A DNA stretch of 64,000 nucleotides. Origin: Callorhinchus milii. Taxonomy: Eukaryota. Positions 1-11,886 of this stretch are shown here, piece after piece. A model generated the notes under the pieces. That model was given only the letters and a program-made list of their open reading frames with translations, did not search any database and was not told the origin of the DNA. Every line of letters starts with the position of its first letter. The first letter of the stretch is position 1. The stretch covers positions 85,810,001-85,874,000 of the forward strand of contig NW_024704742.1 of NCBI RefSeq assembly GCF_018977255.1. The letters run 5' to 3'. The translations under genes were made by a program, and so were the position numbers.

Positions 1-1063
1 GAAAGTTAGCTCTCATCCAGGACTTGATGTCTGACGGACATTCTGTCAGGACCATGGCTAATATTATTTCAGTCCATATTGGATCCTTTGGTTGCAAGCG
101 TAGCTGCAACAGGTACAGTAATAATAAATGTGAAAGATAAAACCACTTTGATGCACAGTTTGAGCCATGGACTTAAAGCCAAACAGCTGAGGGTTATCTT
201 GCCAATTGAAGCAAAATAAATACATTATTCCTGATCTCAAGTAATGATAAATTTCAATGTGCTAACCTCAACTACTTAGTACAGATAGATGCCCACCGCG
301 ATAACAGAATTTGCTCTTGGGAGAACAGAGTGATCTAGCTAAAATGTACACAACTGTGGCACCTACTTGACCTGATCAGAAATCTTCAAACCTGGACTAA
401 AGCTTGGAAGAAGGAAAGATGCAGAGTTCAGATGTAACTGCAGTATTTTACACAGTAAGTGGGGATATGTGAAATCCACTATTCCGGTCAATGGTGGAAG
501 TGGATTGCGTCAACAAATTCCAATAGGAGCTTTAACAAAGAAATGGATTGATGGGGTATGAGTGATAAAATAATATAAGGAAATAGTTAAAATCATGAAT
601 GGTCAAATATTATAACTGCATCCAGTCTTTGGACTGTGAAGTGTGAACATAGGAACAGGAGAAGGCAATTCAACTCCTTGAGCTTGTTCTGCCATTCTAT
701 AAGATGATGGCTGATCTGCCTCTCAAATCCGATTACCCACCTTTGCCCCATATGCCTTGATACCCTGAAATCCAAGACCATTTCCAAACGTACCGCCTCC
801 CACTGTGCGTCAGCAAACCGGATGCTGGGGTATTTTATAAAGCTATGATACTGAACTCATTTGAAAAGCAGCTTGACATGATGATGGGAGAATGGTATGA
901 TGGATATTCTGGAGGGATGAGATCAGATGGGCTGAAGAGCCTTCTTTGTTCAGACCAACCTTGTGATAAGGGAGAACCAGGCTTGATGTTCTTTTTCACA
1001 TTCCATAAATATGTTATTTATAAAGTTCAGTAAATTAAAGCATAAAACTATTACAACTGAACA

Positions 1064-1833
1064 ACAACAACAACAAGATTCCATTTATAAAGCGCCTTTC
1101 ACGTCAGGAGGACGTCCCAAGGCGCTGCACAGTTGGGTCATGACCCGAGCAGGGGGGAAATGGTCAGGGTGAGGGGAGGGAAGGGAGGAGGGAGCAAGGA
1201 GGGGGGAAATGGTCAGGGTGAGGGGAGGGAAGGGAGGGAGCGAGGAGGGGGAAGAGAGTCGAGAGGGGAGCTGAAGGCACGGTCAAAGAGAAAGGTTTTG
1301 AGACCGGCCTTGAAGGAGGAAAGGGAGGAGGCAAGGCGAAGGCACTGGGGGATGGAGTTCCAGAGCCTGGGGGCTGAGAGGCTGAAGGCCCGACCACCGA
1401 TGGTAGGGCGGTTGGGGCGGGGGATGTGGAGCAGACCAGAGCCAGAGGAACGGAGGGTACGGGCAGGTAGGTAGGGGGATAGTAGGTTGGAGAGGTAGGA
1501 GGGAGCAAGGCCGTGAATGGCCTTGTAGGTGAGGATGAGGATCTTGAAATCAATCCTCTGGGGGATGGGGAGCCAGTGGAGGCGAGCGAGGGTGGGAGTG
1601 ATGTGGTCCCGAAGCCTGGTGCGGGACAGTACACGAGCTGCAGAGTTCTGAATGACCTGCAGCTTGTGGAGGGAGGTGGCGGGAAGGCCGGCGAGGAGAG
1701 AGTTCCCATAGTCCAGCCTTGAGGTGACAAAGGCGTGGACCAGGGTTTCAGCAGCGTGAGGGGTGAGGTAGTGCCGTAGTCTGGCGATGTTCCGGAGGTG
1801 ATGGAAGGCGGTGCCAGTTGTGGTGCGGATGTG
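1064..1833 (-). mobile_element. Young 5'-truncated L2 LINE
   Basis: Uninterrupted L2 ORF2 C-terminus (LVHAFVTSRLDYGNSLL..LHWLPI..FKAGLKTFLF), 3' stem-loop and (TTG)n tail; TSD TGAACA at 1058-1063 and 1834-1839. Confidence 0.93.
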
Positions 1834-1959
1834 TGAACATTGCTGGTGATGCAATAATGCCATCACTTTTGCCATTTCTTAAAATTGGACAACTCTCCTT
1901 TAAAAACCTCGTCCCATGAGAATAATCAGAATTTACATAAATCACACAAGCATATTCAA

Positions 1960-2358
1960 GCTGGAGAAGAGAAGGTTGAGAGGGGATATGATTAGAGTCT
2001 TTTAAGATTCTAAAGGGACTAGATAATGTAAACCATGATAATCTGTTTTATTTTGGACTGAACAGTAGAACCAGAGGACAAGGCCTGCGATTGAAGGGGG
2101 TAAATTCGGAACAAATCTGCGGAAACGCTACGACAGTGAGCGAGTAGTAACCATAAGGAACTGGCTCCCTAGGGAGACAGTAGAAGCAGAAAGTGTTGAT
2201 TCTTTCAAGAACAAATTAGATTGATTTCTGTTAGGAAATAATATCTCAGGATACAATATTTAGTTTGGGACATGACATGTCATGCGACTGCCAGGATGGT
2301 GGAAGGTGGACTGGATGGGCCTCAGTCTTCTTTCTCCTAGCAAGTTCTTATGTTCTTG
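1960..2358 (+). mobile_element. CR1 LINE 3' fragment (different subfamily)
   Basis: LEKRRLRGDMIRVF-like start and TTCTTATGTTCTT tail. The same 3'UTR recurs at ~18440-18530. Confidence 0.8.
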
Positions 2359-3181
2359 TGTACACATTTCTTGAAATTGGACAATTCTACTTTAAATACC
2401 ATTGCCTCGTGATAATAAATCAAATTCACTTAAATACGGTGCCGATTCCTTGCATTTACTGTGGTGTGATAAGAGTACAGTACAGTAAAACTTGCACATG
2501 TCTTACCTTTACAAATCGTTTAATCGCCCAAGTCGTACATTCACTCGAGTCCCATTCAGTTTCCGATCAAAACCACTTAGATTTCTTTGCACTACTTGCA
2601 TTGATCACCTCCTAACTCGTATCACTACCTTCCATTATTCCTGCACTTACCAGCTGTATTAAATTGCGGGAAATGATGACCTGACCGCTTGACATGTGCA
2701 TTTACCAACCGACTGTATTTAGCTTGCTTTAAGATATGTTTGATGTTCCAAAATAACACTAATTTTCACTAAATTTATCCTTTTCTTCATTTCATTATTC
2801 TCCCCCATTTTTTTGTTTTGTGTTTGGCACAAAAAAATAGACCCTGGGATTTTTGTTTTGTGGATTAAAAAAATTATTTTAATGAGCATTGCATTTTCAT
2901 AAATAGGTCTGGGAATTGTGACAACTGATATGAATGTTAAAGGGGTCAGGAGTGTTGAAGGGTGCATGCGTACGAACACACACATACACACACGTTCAAG
3001 TCCTTTAAAATGCATTACAAGTCATTGCTGTTTTCACGTTCTCTTGCATTAAGCACTGCAACTCTGGAACATTAAATTCAGTTTGCCTCACAGAACATTC
3101 TCCAACTTTAGACATGTCCCGGCAATTCTGCATCAATTTCCATTTGCATTAGTTTGCACCAATAGTAATACAACACCAAGT

Positions 3182-3464
3182 TTATTCACTTGGTTTGTCT
3201 CCAGAAGTCGTCAGATGCAAGGCCGTGAAGTCAGGCAGTTCTTGCGTTTCGCTCACTTCAGTCTCATGCAGCACATCTTCCTGTAAAGCTGTGTCTGTTC
3301 GCTGTTTTGGTGCCACTAGTTTATCAGACTGGATTTCATCTTTCTCTTCAATGCCATCACTGTCAAACTCACACTCATCATCTTTCTCCTCCTGTGTGCT
3401 CCGTCCTTGTTGTTTTGTCCCTGGACTGGTTTCATCGTGTTCATTTTCTGTTATCGAAGTTGGA
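3182..3464 (-). CDS. C9orf85: C9orf85 homolog, terminal coding exon 4 (acidic tail LPTSITENEHDE...EEKDDECEFDSDGIEEKDE...GDKPSE*)
   Basis: Branch-like CTAAT, long pyrimidine tract and CTCCAG| acceptor. Phase 2 gives an open D/E-rich frame of 283 nt ending in TAA at 3184-3182. Total CDS 606 nt = 201 aa plus stop. Confidence 0.8.
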
Positions 3465-3599
3465 CTGGAGGTGGGGGGGTGGGGGGTGAAAGGAAAGGAA
3501 GAATCATTAGATTACCTAATCCAGGTGTGATCTCCTTATTCTTTGCACTAAGGTTAGGTTCAAATTACAGGGGTGGCATTAGCAATGTCACACTGTCCT

Positions 3600-4578
3600 T
3601 GGTCAACCTCCTTTTCATCATTTACATGCTTCCTCTTGGTGACATCATCCGTAGACATAACATGGGGTCAACTTCCACATGTATGCAGATGACACTCAAC
3701 TCTACCTCTCCGTCTCCACCCTCGACTCCAGAAGAATGTGTCCTCACAGACTGTCCGTCAGACATCAAGTCCGGGATAACAGCTAACTTTCTCCAGTTGA
3801 ATATCAACAAGGCCGAGGCTCTTCTGCTTGCCTCCATACCTTGGGTGGTGACAGTATCAATCTTCATGGATGCACTCTACACCTCACAAATTTAATCCGG
3901 AACCTTGGCGTGCTTCATCCCCCACGTCTGTGCCATGACCCGCTCTGCTTTCCCCCACGTCTGCAACATTGCCCGGCTCTGACACTGTCTCTCACCGCAG
4001 GCTGCTGAGACCCTCATCCATGCATTCAACACGTCCAGGCTCGACTACGCAAACTCCCTGCTTGTAGACCTTCCCAACTCCTCCCTACACAGACTGCAGA
4101 TCATCCAGATCTCTCCAGTACCAGATTCCGCGACCCTATCACCCCCATCTTTGCCTGGCTTCACTGGCTTCCCATCACTCGGAGGCTACAGTTCAAGATC
4201 CTGGTTCTCACCTTCAAAGCTCTCCAAGGCCTCGCTCCTCCCTACCTCTGTGACCTCCTACCCCCTACCAACCTATCCTCTCCCTCCACTCAGTGGGATC
4301 TGGCCTGCTTCAGGTCTCCCACCTTGACTGCCTCACCATTGGCGGACGGACCTTCAACCTCTCTGACCCCACCCTCTGGACTATCCTATAGTCCCTCCGC
4401 CTCGCCCCCTTCAAGATCCTCTTCTTCCACCGTGCCTTTGGTCACCCTCCTATCCCCCCCACCCTCCACCACTCCTGATCCCAACCACCAGCTCAGGTGC
4501 GGATCCTTACTGTCCAGCAACTTGGGACGTCCTCCTGATGTGAAAGGTGCTATACAAATGTAATTTGTTGTTGTTGTT
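3600..4578 (+). mobile_element. Degenerate L2 LINE
   Basis: LFIIYMLPLGDIIRRH, YADD-like region, NFLQLN..KAEALL, LHWLPI; L2 tail with (TTG)n. Confidence 0.85.
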
Positions 4579-4579
4579 A

Positions 4580-4670
4580 ACTGTGAGCCAGGGGAGTGTT
4601 AGCAATATTACATTGTGGGCCAGGGGAGCGTGAGCAATATTACACTGTGGGCCAGGGGAGCATTAGCAAC
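4580..4670. repeat. ~31-bp tandem repeat x3 (CTGTGGGCCAGGGGAGCGTGAGCAATATTACA-like)
   Basis: Three visible diverged units; related motif at ~4740 and ~6097. Confidence 0.8.
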
Positions 4671-4936
4671 AACAACAAGTTGGATTTATATAGTGTCCTC
4701 CACGCCGGACGGTGTCTCAGAGCGCTTGTTCCACTATATAACCGGGGGAGTTCTAGCAATGGTACACCTAAATTAAAATGGGTTTGGAGTAGAGAGCTCC
4801 AGTGGGGGAGGTAGCACCAGCACAAACATAGAATAGTCATAGAATATTAGAGGACAGAAGGAGGCCATTTGGCCCATCGTGCTGGCTCTTTGGAAGAGCT
4901 ACCCATTCATTCCCACTGACCCCCTCGTTCCCCATA

Positions 4937-6088
4937 TGTAAATAGTATAATATAATATAAGAATGATTAGTATTGATCATGTAGTGAATAAATGAATTAA
5001 GTAGAATGAATTAAAGAAATAAAAACTGCCATGTGGCACACATACACACAAACACACACAGTCCTAGCAAAGAGGCACCGAGCTAGGAGGAGTACACTGG
5101 AATGCAACCCATGGCCAGGGAAGATAAGGATAGCTGGATCTAGAGAATGGATGGTAGGTCATCTGCGCTTACAAGGGTATGTGACCTACGGGCAGGAGAG
5201 ATAGGAACCTGGGATAATTGGACCAGGAGAATGGATGGGATACAAACTAGCAATTAAAACTGAGAAAAAGCTTAGTGAACAGGTCACATGGACAAAGTTA
5301 GAAAGAAGAACTGAAACGTCAGGGACATGGAGTCAGGTGGTTTGGTCAGGCTTGATAAGATAGGAGGAATATGGTAGCTGGTACAAGGAGAAACAACTTG
5401 AAGATAGCGAAAGAATGCCTGGGGAAAGTGCAGAGAGCGGGAAAGAAGTAATGAAAAAAAGAGTTAGAACACAGATGGCTTGCGAAAAAGGGTATTAAAA
5501 TCGATAGCCAAAACTAGTTTTTTTGCAGCCTCTGAGGAGAGGAAGGGGACGGACCTCTACAGAAAGGAAGAAGAATGCCTTTGAGGGAAAGAGGACAAGT
5601 CCAGCTCTCGCTGGAGTGGACCGCAAAGAGGACAAGTTTAGCCCTTGCTGGAGTGGACCACCCAGAGACATTTGCAGCTAGAAGCAAGCCAGAGACGTTT
5701 GCAGCCAGCAGCAAGCCAGAGACAGCGTTTAACTTTTGTGTCAGCCTTAGAACTTTGTCACGATTTCCTGCCTGCTTGGTAGTATCTCTCCTACTTACTA
5801 AGATACTCACCCAACATAGATACAAAACAGTTAGAGATTATTTAGGCACATTTCATATATCAGATTTTTTTAATATATGTTTAGAATTTTAGTATTGAGT
5901 GCATCTTATTAAGATAGTGCTTTAGTAATGTATCTTGTTAAGATAGTGCTTTCGTAGGCATTTAAGCGCGACGAGTAATAATAATGCTTCAGGTGTGATG
6001 CTTATGCTTGTGTGGTTTTATAATTGCTAATAAAACGTTTTAATAATATCCTTGGTGTGGTTTCTGATAAACGCTTGAACCAATTCCA
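4937..6088 (+). mobile_element. Probable solo LTR (~1.15 kb)
   Basis: Begins TG and ends CA; TATA-like TATTAAAA at ~5493 and AATAAA at 6029-6034 near the 3' end; short internal repeats (GCAAGCCAGAGAC x2, TTAAGATAGTGCTTT x2); no ORF. No clean short TSD. Confidence 0.5.
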
Positions 6089-6269
6089 CTATATAACTGG
6101 GGGAGTGCGAGCAATGTTACACCTAAATTAAAATGGGATTGGAGTTCAGAGCTCCAGTGGGGGAGGTAGCACCAGCACAAACATAGAATAATGCCATAGA
6201 ATATTAGAGGACAGAAGGAGGCCATTCGGCCCATTGTGCTGGCTCTTTAGAAGAGCTACCCATTCATTC

Positions 6270-7400
6270 ACAAGGTTAAATCCCACGGGATTAATGGGAA
6301 CATATTAGCATGGATTAAAGAGTGGCTAACGGGTAGAAAACAGAGAGTAGGGATAAACGGGTCATTCTCGAATTGGCAGGATGTGTCTAGTAGAGTGCCA
6401 CAAGGATCAGTGCTTGGGCCTCAGCTATTTACAATTTACATCAATGAGGACATTGAATGTAACGTATCTAAATCTGCGGATGACACTAAACTAGGTGGGA
6501 GAGTAAGCTCTGAGGATGATGCAAAAAGATTGCAACGGGATATAGATAGGCTTGGGGAGTGGGCGAGTAGGTGGCAGACGGAATTTAATGTGGGGAAGTG
6601 TGATGTTATTCACCTAGGTAGAAAAAGTAGAAAAACAGATTATTTTCTAGAGGGGGAGAGATTAGATAGTGTTAGTGTGCAGAGGGATTTGGGTGTCCTT
6701 GTACACCAGTCTCAAAAAGTTAGTTTGCAGGTGCAGCAAGCAACTAAGAAGGCGAACGGCATGTTAGTGTTCATTGCAAAAGGTTTAGAGCAAAAGGGAA
6801 GTTTTGCTGCAACTGTATAGGGCCTTGGTGAGACCGCACCTAGAGTATTGTGTGCAGTTTTGGTCTCCTTATTTAAAAANGGACATGCTTGCCTTACTTG
6901 CAGCGTAGATTCATTAGGTTAGTTCCTGGGATGAGGGGACTGACCTATGAGGATAAGCTGAATAAACTAGGGCTGTATTCTCTAGAATACAGAAGAATTA
7001 GGGGAGATCTTACTGAAACATGTAAGATTCATAAAGGGCTGGATAAAGTAGACACTGAGGGTCTGTTTCCCCTCGTAGGAGAATCTGTAACCAGGGGTCA
7101 CAGGCTTAAAATTAAGGGTCAGCCTTTTAGAACAGAGTTGAGGAAACATTTCTTCACTCAGAGGGTAGTGAATTTATGGAATTCACTACCCCAGAAGGCT
7201 GTAGATGCTCAGTCCTTGAACATCTTCAAGGCTGAGACTGATAGGTTTTTAAAAAACAGAGGGATTAGGACATATGGGGATAGGGCAGGTAATTAGAGTT
7301 AGCTCTGAAGATCAGCCATGACCTTATCGAATGGCGGAGCAGGCTCAAGGGGCTGAATGGCCTACTCCTGCTCCTAATTCTTACGTTCTTATGTCCTTAT
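6270..7400 (+). mobile_element. 5'-truncated CR1 LINE (RT C-terminal part plus 3'UTR)
   Basis: [33 protein letters not shown]; ends in a (TTCTTATG)n-like tail. Confidence 0.92.
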
Positions 7401-8066
7401 TTCCACTGACCCGCTCGTTCCCCATATCATTGTAATTTTTTCCTTTTCAAATATCAATCCAATTCCCTTTTGAAAGTTGTTATAGAATCTGTTTCCACCA
7501 CCCTTTCAGGCAGCGCATTCCAGACCGTAACAACTATCTGTGCAAAAAAAAATGTCTCATCCCGCCTCTGGTTCTTTTGCCAATTATCTTATATCTATGT
7601 CCCATGATGTGAAAAGGACAGGTGGTCGGGATTAGAATGACTGGCTCCTATGGGGGAACTGTTTACAAGACACACACAATAAGCTGAATGGTGTCCTGTG
7701 TTTTCTAGAAAGAGTGGAAGAGAAGCCAAAGAGGAGCTCTGGAAACCCACAGAAAGTGGTGAGAGCTAATCTTGTGGTGGCACTACCAACACAGGCCAAA
7801 TGTTAATCCATAACTCCACTGTGTATAAGGTGTTATTACAACCATGCTTTTCCTTCTTTGACAAAAACTAAGCATTGAGACTCCAAGGAACAGCACCAAC
7901 ACTGAATATCAACAGTACAACAACAAATCACGTCGGAGGATGTCCAAAGTCATTGAACAGTCAACGCTTTGGACCCGAGCTGGTGGTTGGGATCGGGAGT
8001 GCTAGAGGGCAGGGAGGATAGGGGTAGGAGGGCGACCGAATGTGTGGTCGAAGAGGAGGATCTGGA

Positions 8067-11000
8067 TTCATAGATTGATAGAATGTTTCGGCACAGAAGG
8101 AGGCCATTCAGCCCATCGAGTCTGTGCCGGCTCTTTGACAGAGCAAGTCACTTTCACTAACCCCAATCACCAGCTTTCTCCCCATAACCCTGCAAACCCG
8201 TCTTCCCCAGATACCTATCCAGTTCTTTCTTAAAAGCTGTTATCGAATCGAACTTCACTGCCCTTTCGGGCAGATCATTCCAAATTCCAACAACTCGCTG
8301 AGTGAAAAAAATTTCTTTTAACCTCCCCTCTGCTTCTTTTGGTAGATATCTTAAGACTGTGACCATGGGTCACAGACACACCTACCAGCGGAAACAGCTT
8401 TTCCTTATCGAGCCTGTCGAAACCTTTCATGATCTTGAAGACCTCTATCAGGTCCCGCATACCCTTCTCTGCTCTAATGGGAAAAGTCCTAACTTCTCCA
8501 GCCTGTCCTCATAGCTAAGGTTCCCCATTCCTGGTATCATTCTCGTGAATCTCCTCTGCACCCTTTCCAGTGCCTTAATGTCCTTCCTGAAGTAAGGTGC
8601 CCAGAACTGGACGCAGTACTCCAGCTGAGGCCTAACCAGTGTTTTGTAGAGATTAACCATAACCTCCCTACTCTTATACTTTATGCCCCTACTAATAAAG
8701 CTCAGTACACCAAATGCCTTTTTTACTGCCTTATCTACCTGTCCCGCTACCTTTAATGATTCGCTTACTTGAACACCCAGATCTCTCTGTACGTTCATCC
8801 CCCTTAAGATTGCGCTACCAAGTCTATATTGCCTCCTATCATTTTTTCTACCTAAGTGTATCACCTCACACTTATCCACATTGAAATCCATCTGCCACAT
8901 GTCAGCCCATTCCACCATTCTGTGTATGTCTGCTTGCAGTCGGTTACAGTCCCCTCACTATTTACTACCCTACCTAACTTTGTATCATCTGCAAACTTGG
9001 AAATAGTGCTCTCTATGCCCAAGTCCAGATCATTAATATATATTAGAAAGAGCAGTGGTCCCAATACCGATCCCTGGGGGACACCGCTGCACACCTCCTT
9101 CCATTTCGAGAAACACCCATTAACCACCACCCTCTGCTTTCTGTCACTCAGCCAGTTCTTAATCCAAACTGCCACTGTCCCCTTAATACCGTGGGCCTCT
9201 ATTTTTTTTATTAATCTCTTATGCACTGTGTCAAAAGCCTTTTTGAAATCCATGTAAATAACGTCCACCGCATTTACCTCATCAACCCTCGCAGTCACCT
9301 CTTCAAAAAATTCTATTAGATTTGTTAGGTAAGATTTGCCTTTAACAAATCCATGTTGGCTGTCTCTAATAACCTCATGTTCCTCTAAATCGAGATTTAT
9401 TCTGTCCTGGATTATGGTCTCCAGTAGTTTTCCTATTACCGAAGTTAGGCTGACTGGCCTGTAATTTCCGGGTTTGTCTTTCTGCCCCTTTTTGTAAAGG
9501 GGGGTAACATTAGCCACTCTCCAGTCTCTTAGCACCACTCCTGTGTCCAATGAAGATTGACATATAATGGCCAAAGCCTCCGCTATTTGAAACCGTATCT
9601 CCCACAGCAACCTTGGTTGTCGCACATTTCCCTTTTGTGGGAATATATCTATTTAGACCTTGAGCTATCATATCTTTGAAGATCTCCCATTGCTCACGAG
9701 TCGTTTTACCTGCTAGTCTTACTTGCCAGTCCACCAATTCTAGGTCCCTTTTTAGCCCATCAAAATTAGTCCTTTTCCAGTCAAGCATTTTTACCCTTGA
9801 CTGTACTTTGTCCCTGCTCATGAGTAATCTAAATCTAATAATATTATAGTCACTGTTACTTTGATGCTCCCCTACCGTAACCTGTTCAACTGGACCTATT
9901 TAATTCCCCAGGACTAGTTGCAGCAATGCTTCCTTCCTCGTAGGACTGGAGACATACTGCTAAAGAAAATTTTCCTGTACAGTTTATGAATCTTTCTCCT
10001 GCCTTGCCCTTAGCGCTGCTATTTTCCAGTCTATATTGGGGTAATTAAAATCCCCCATTATCACAACTCTGTTCGTCTTACATCTATCCGCAATCTGGTT
10101 GCAGATCTGCTCCTCTATCTCCTTCCCGCTGTCTGGTGGTCTATAGTAAACCCCTATCAGTGTAACCACTCCTTTCTTATTTCTTATCTCTAACCAGATG
10201 GATTCTGTTGTCAGGCCCTCCAGAGCCTCGTTCTTTTCTACAGCTATAATTGTATCCTTAACTAATATTGCCACCCCTCCTCCTTTTCTTCCTTCTCTAT
10301 CCTTCCTGAACACATTATATCCTGGAATATTTAACTCCCATTCCTGTCCTGGCTTGAGCCATGTCTCGGTTACTGCCACAACAACGTAACCCCCTACGGC
10401 CAGTTGAACCTGCAGCTCATCAACCTTATTCCCTAAGCTACGTGCATTTAGGTACATGCATTTGAGGAAATTGTCCACTTGTACCTGCTCTACACTTCCC
10501 ACTTGTCTTTTTCCTCTAATCTCTAATCCATTGTTTATCCTTGGATACCCATCTCCCCTCGACACTGGTTTAAATCCGCCCCTACAGCATTTGATAATCT
10601 CTTGGCAAGGAAGGTCACCCCTGCCTTGCTTTAGTGCCGCCCATCCTCAAGGTGGAGTCCTGTAGCTCAGTGGTTAGAGCACTCGCTTTGCAAGTGAGAG
10701 ACCCGAGTTCAATTCCAGGCAGGTCAGGGCGAAACCTTGGGCAAGTTTCCTTACTCCACACAGAGCCTAATAATAATCCCTCCAAAACCAAAAACAATAA
10801 TAAATTGGTCATTTTCAATCCACGACTGTTTGTGGGACATTGCTGTGCGCAATTGGCTGCCGCGTTCGCCCACTAATATACAGTCAATTCACTTTGCAGT
10901 GTGTTCTGTGAAGCGCTTTGGGACGTCCTCCTGACGTGAAAAGCGCTATAGCAAATGCAAGGATTATTAAGGTAAAGATCTCACCTCCCCCAGTAATGGT

Positions 11001-11886
11001 CCCAATTGTGCAGAAAACGGAAACCTTCTTTTCCGGACCATTTCTCCAGCCAATCGTACATGCGCCTGATTCTTTTATTATGGTGCCTTGTTGCCCGAGG
11101 TACCGGGAGTAACCCGGAGATCACCACCTTGGATGTTCTGGACTTGAGTTTGCTCCCCAGCTTTTGATACTCGCCCTGCAGCATCTCAGCCCTCTTCTTA
11201 CCAATATCGTGGGTCCCCACATGGACCACGACTTCTGGACATTCTCCTACCCCCCAAAGAATCTTGTCCATGCGCTCTGTGAAGTCCACTACCCTCGCAC
11301 CAGGAAGGCAGCAAACCATCCTATCCTCACGATTCTGATTACAGAAGATCCTGTCAGTGCCTCTTACTGTTGAATCCCCTATCACAACTGTATTGCCATT
11401 GTGAACCATGCCCCTGTCCTGTTGGACAGAATGTCCACTGCTGTCCTCACGAGAGGCTTCCACGCTCTCGATAGCTAATGTTGAGTACCGATTAGAGACT
11501 GGTACTCTGTTGGGGGTGCTCTGTCTTGAACAAGCCCTCTTCTTGCCCCGTCGCACTGTCACCCAATCACTTTTAGCATGAATGAAGGGTGTGTTGGGCT
11601 CCTCTGGGAGTGGTCCTTTTCTTGAACTCTGACCTCCCGATAGCTCCAGTACCCCTCTCTCATGGCTCCTATACAGTGATGGGCTGCTATAGCTGAGTCC
11701 TAGAGGAGTGAGGGTCTCCTCCACCATGCTGTCCAGGAACCTCTCACTGTCCCTGATGGAGCGCAGTGTCTGCACCTGAGACTCCAGCTCAGCTATTCTA
11801 AGTTGGAGCTTGCTCAGTTGCAGACATTTGCTGCAGATGAAGTCACCTGGGCTCACGTTGCCCTCCATCAACTCCCACATCCCACA
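8067..11886 (-). mobile_element. Nearly full-length degenerate CR1 LINE (ORF1 zinc-finger/coiled-coil/SGNH esterase; ORF2 APE endonuclease plus RT)
   Basis: ORF1: CxMWE..CSKC, GDS, HVGTHD, DGxH. ORF2: [52 protein letters not shown]. 3' tail resembles (ATTCTAT)n. Frameshifts, an internal deletion near 9620 and TGGA direct repeats at 8063-8066 and 11887-11890. Confidence 0.92.
10654..10968 (+). mobile_element. tRNA(Ala)-like-head SINE with L2-type tail (short variant), inserted in CR1 ORF1
   Basis: A box TAGCTCAGTGG, B box GAGTTCAATTCC, loop TTTGCAA, 3' stem-loop and (TTA)n; TSD AAGGT at 10649-10653 and 10969-10973. Confidence 0.92.

Noticed and set aside
2507..2640. Coding exon 1 of GDA or another gene
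   Set aside because: The phase-0 frame ending at the donor (WAIKRFVK) has an upstream stop and no start, a second frame stops just before the donor, and nothing resembles GDA. Kept only as a possible non-coding exon.
10654..10730. tRNA-Ala(TGC)-like cloverleaf (also at 23404, 35568, 45901, 52493, 55420 and minus-strand copies)
   Set aside because: Each is the head of a SINE followed by a shared body and tail, some with TSDs; copies carry stem mismatches.
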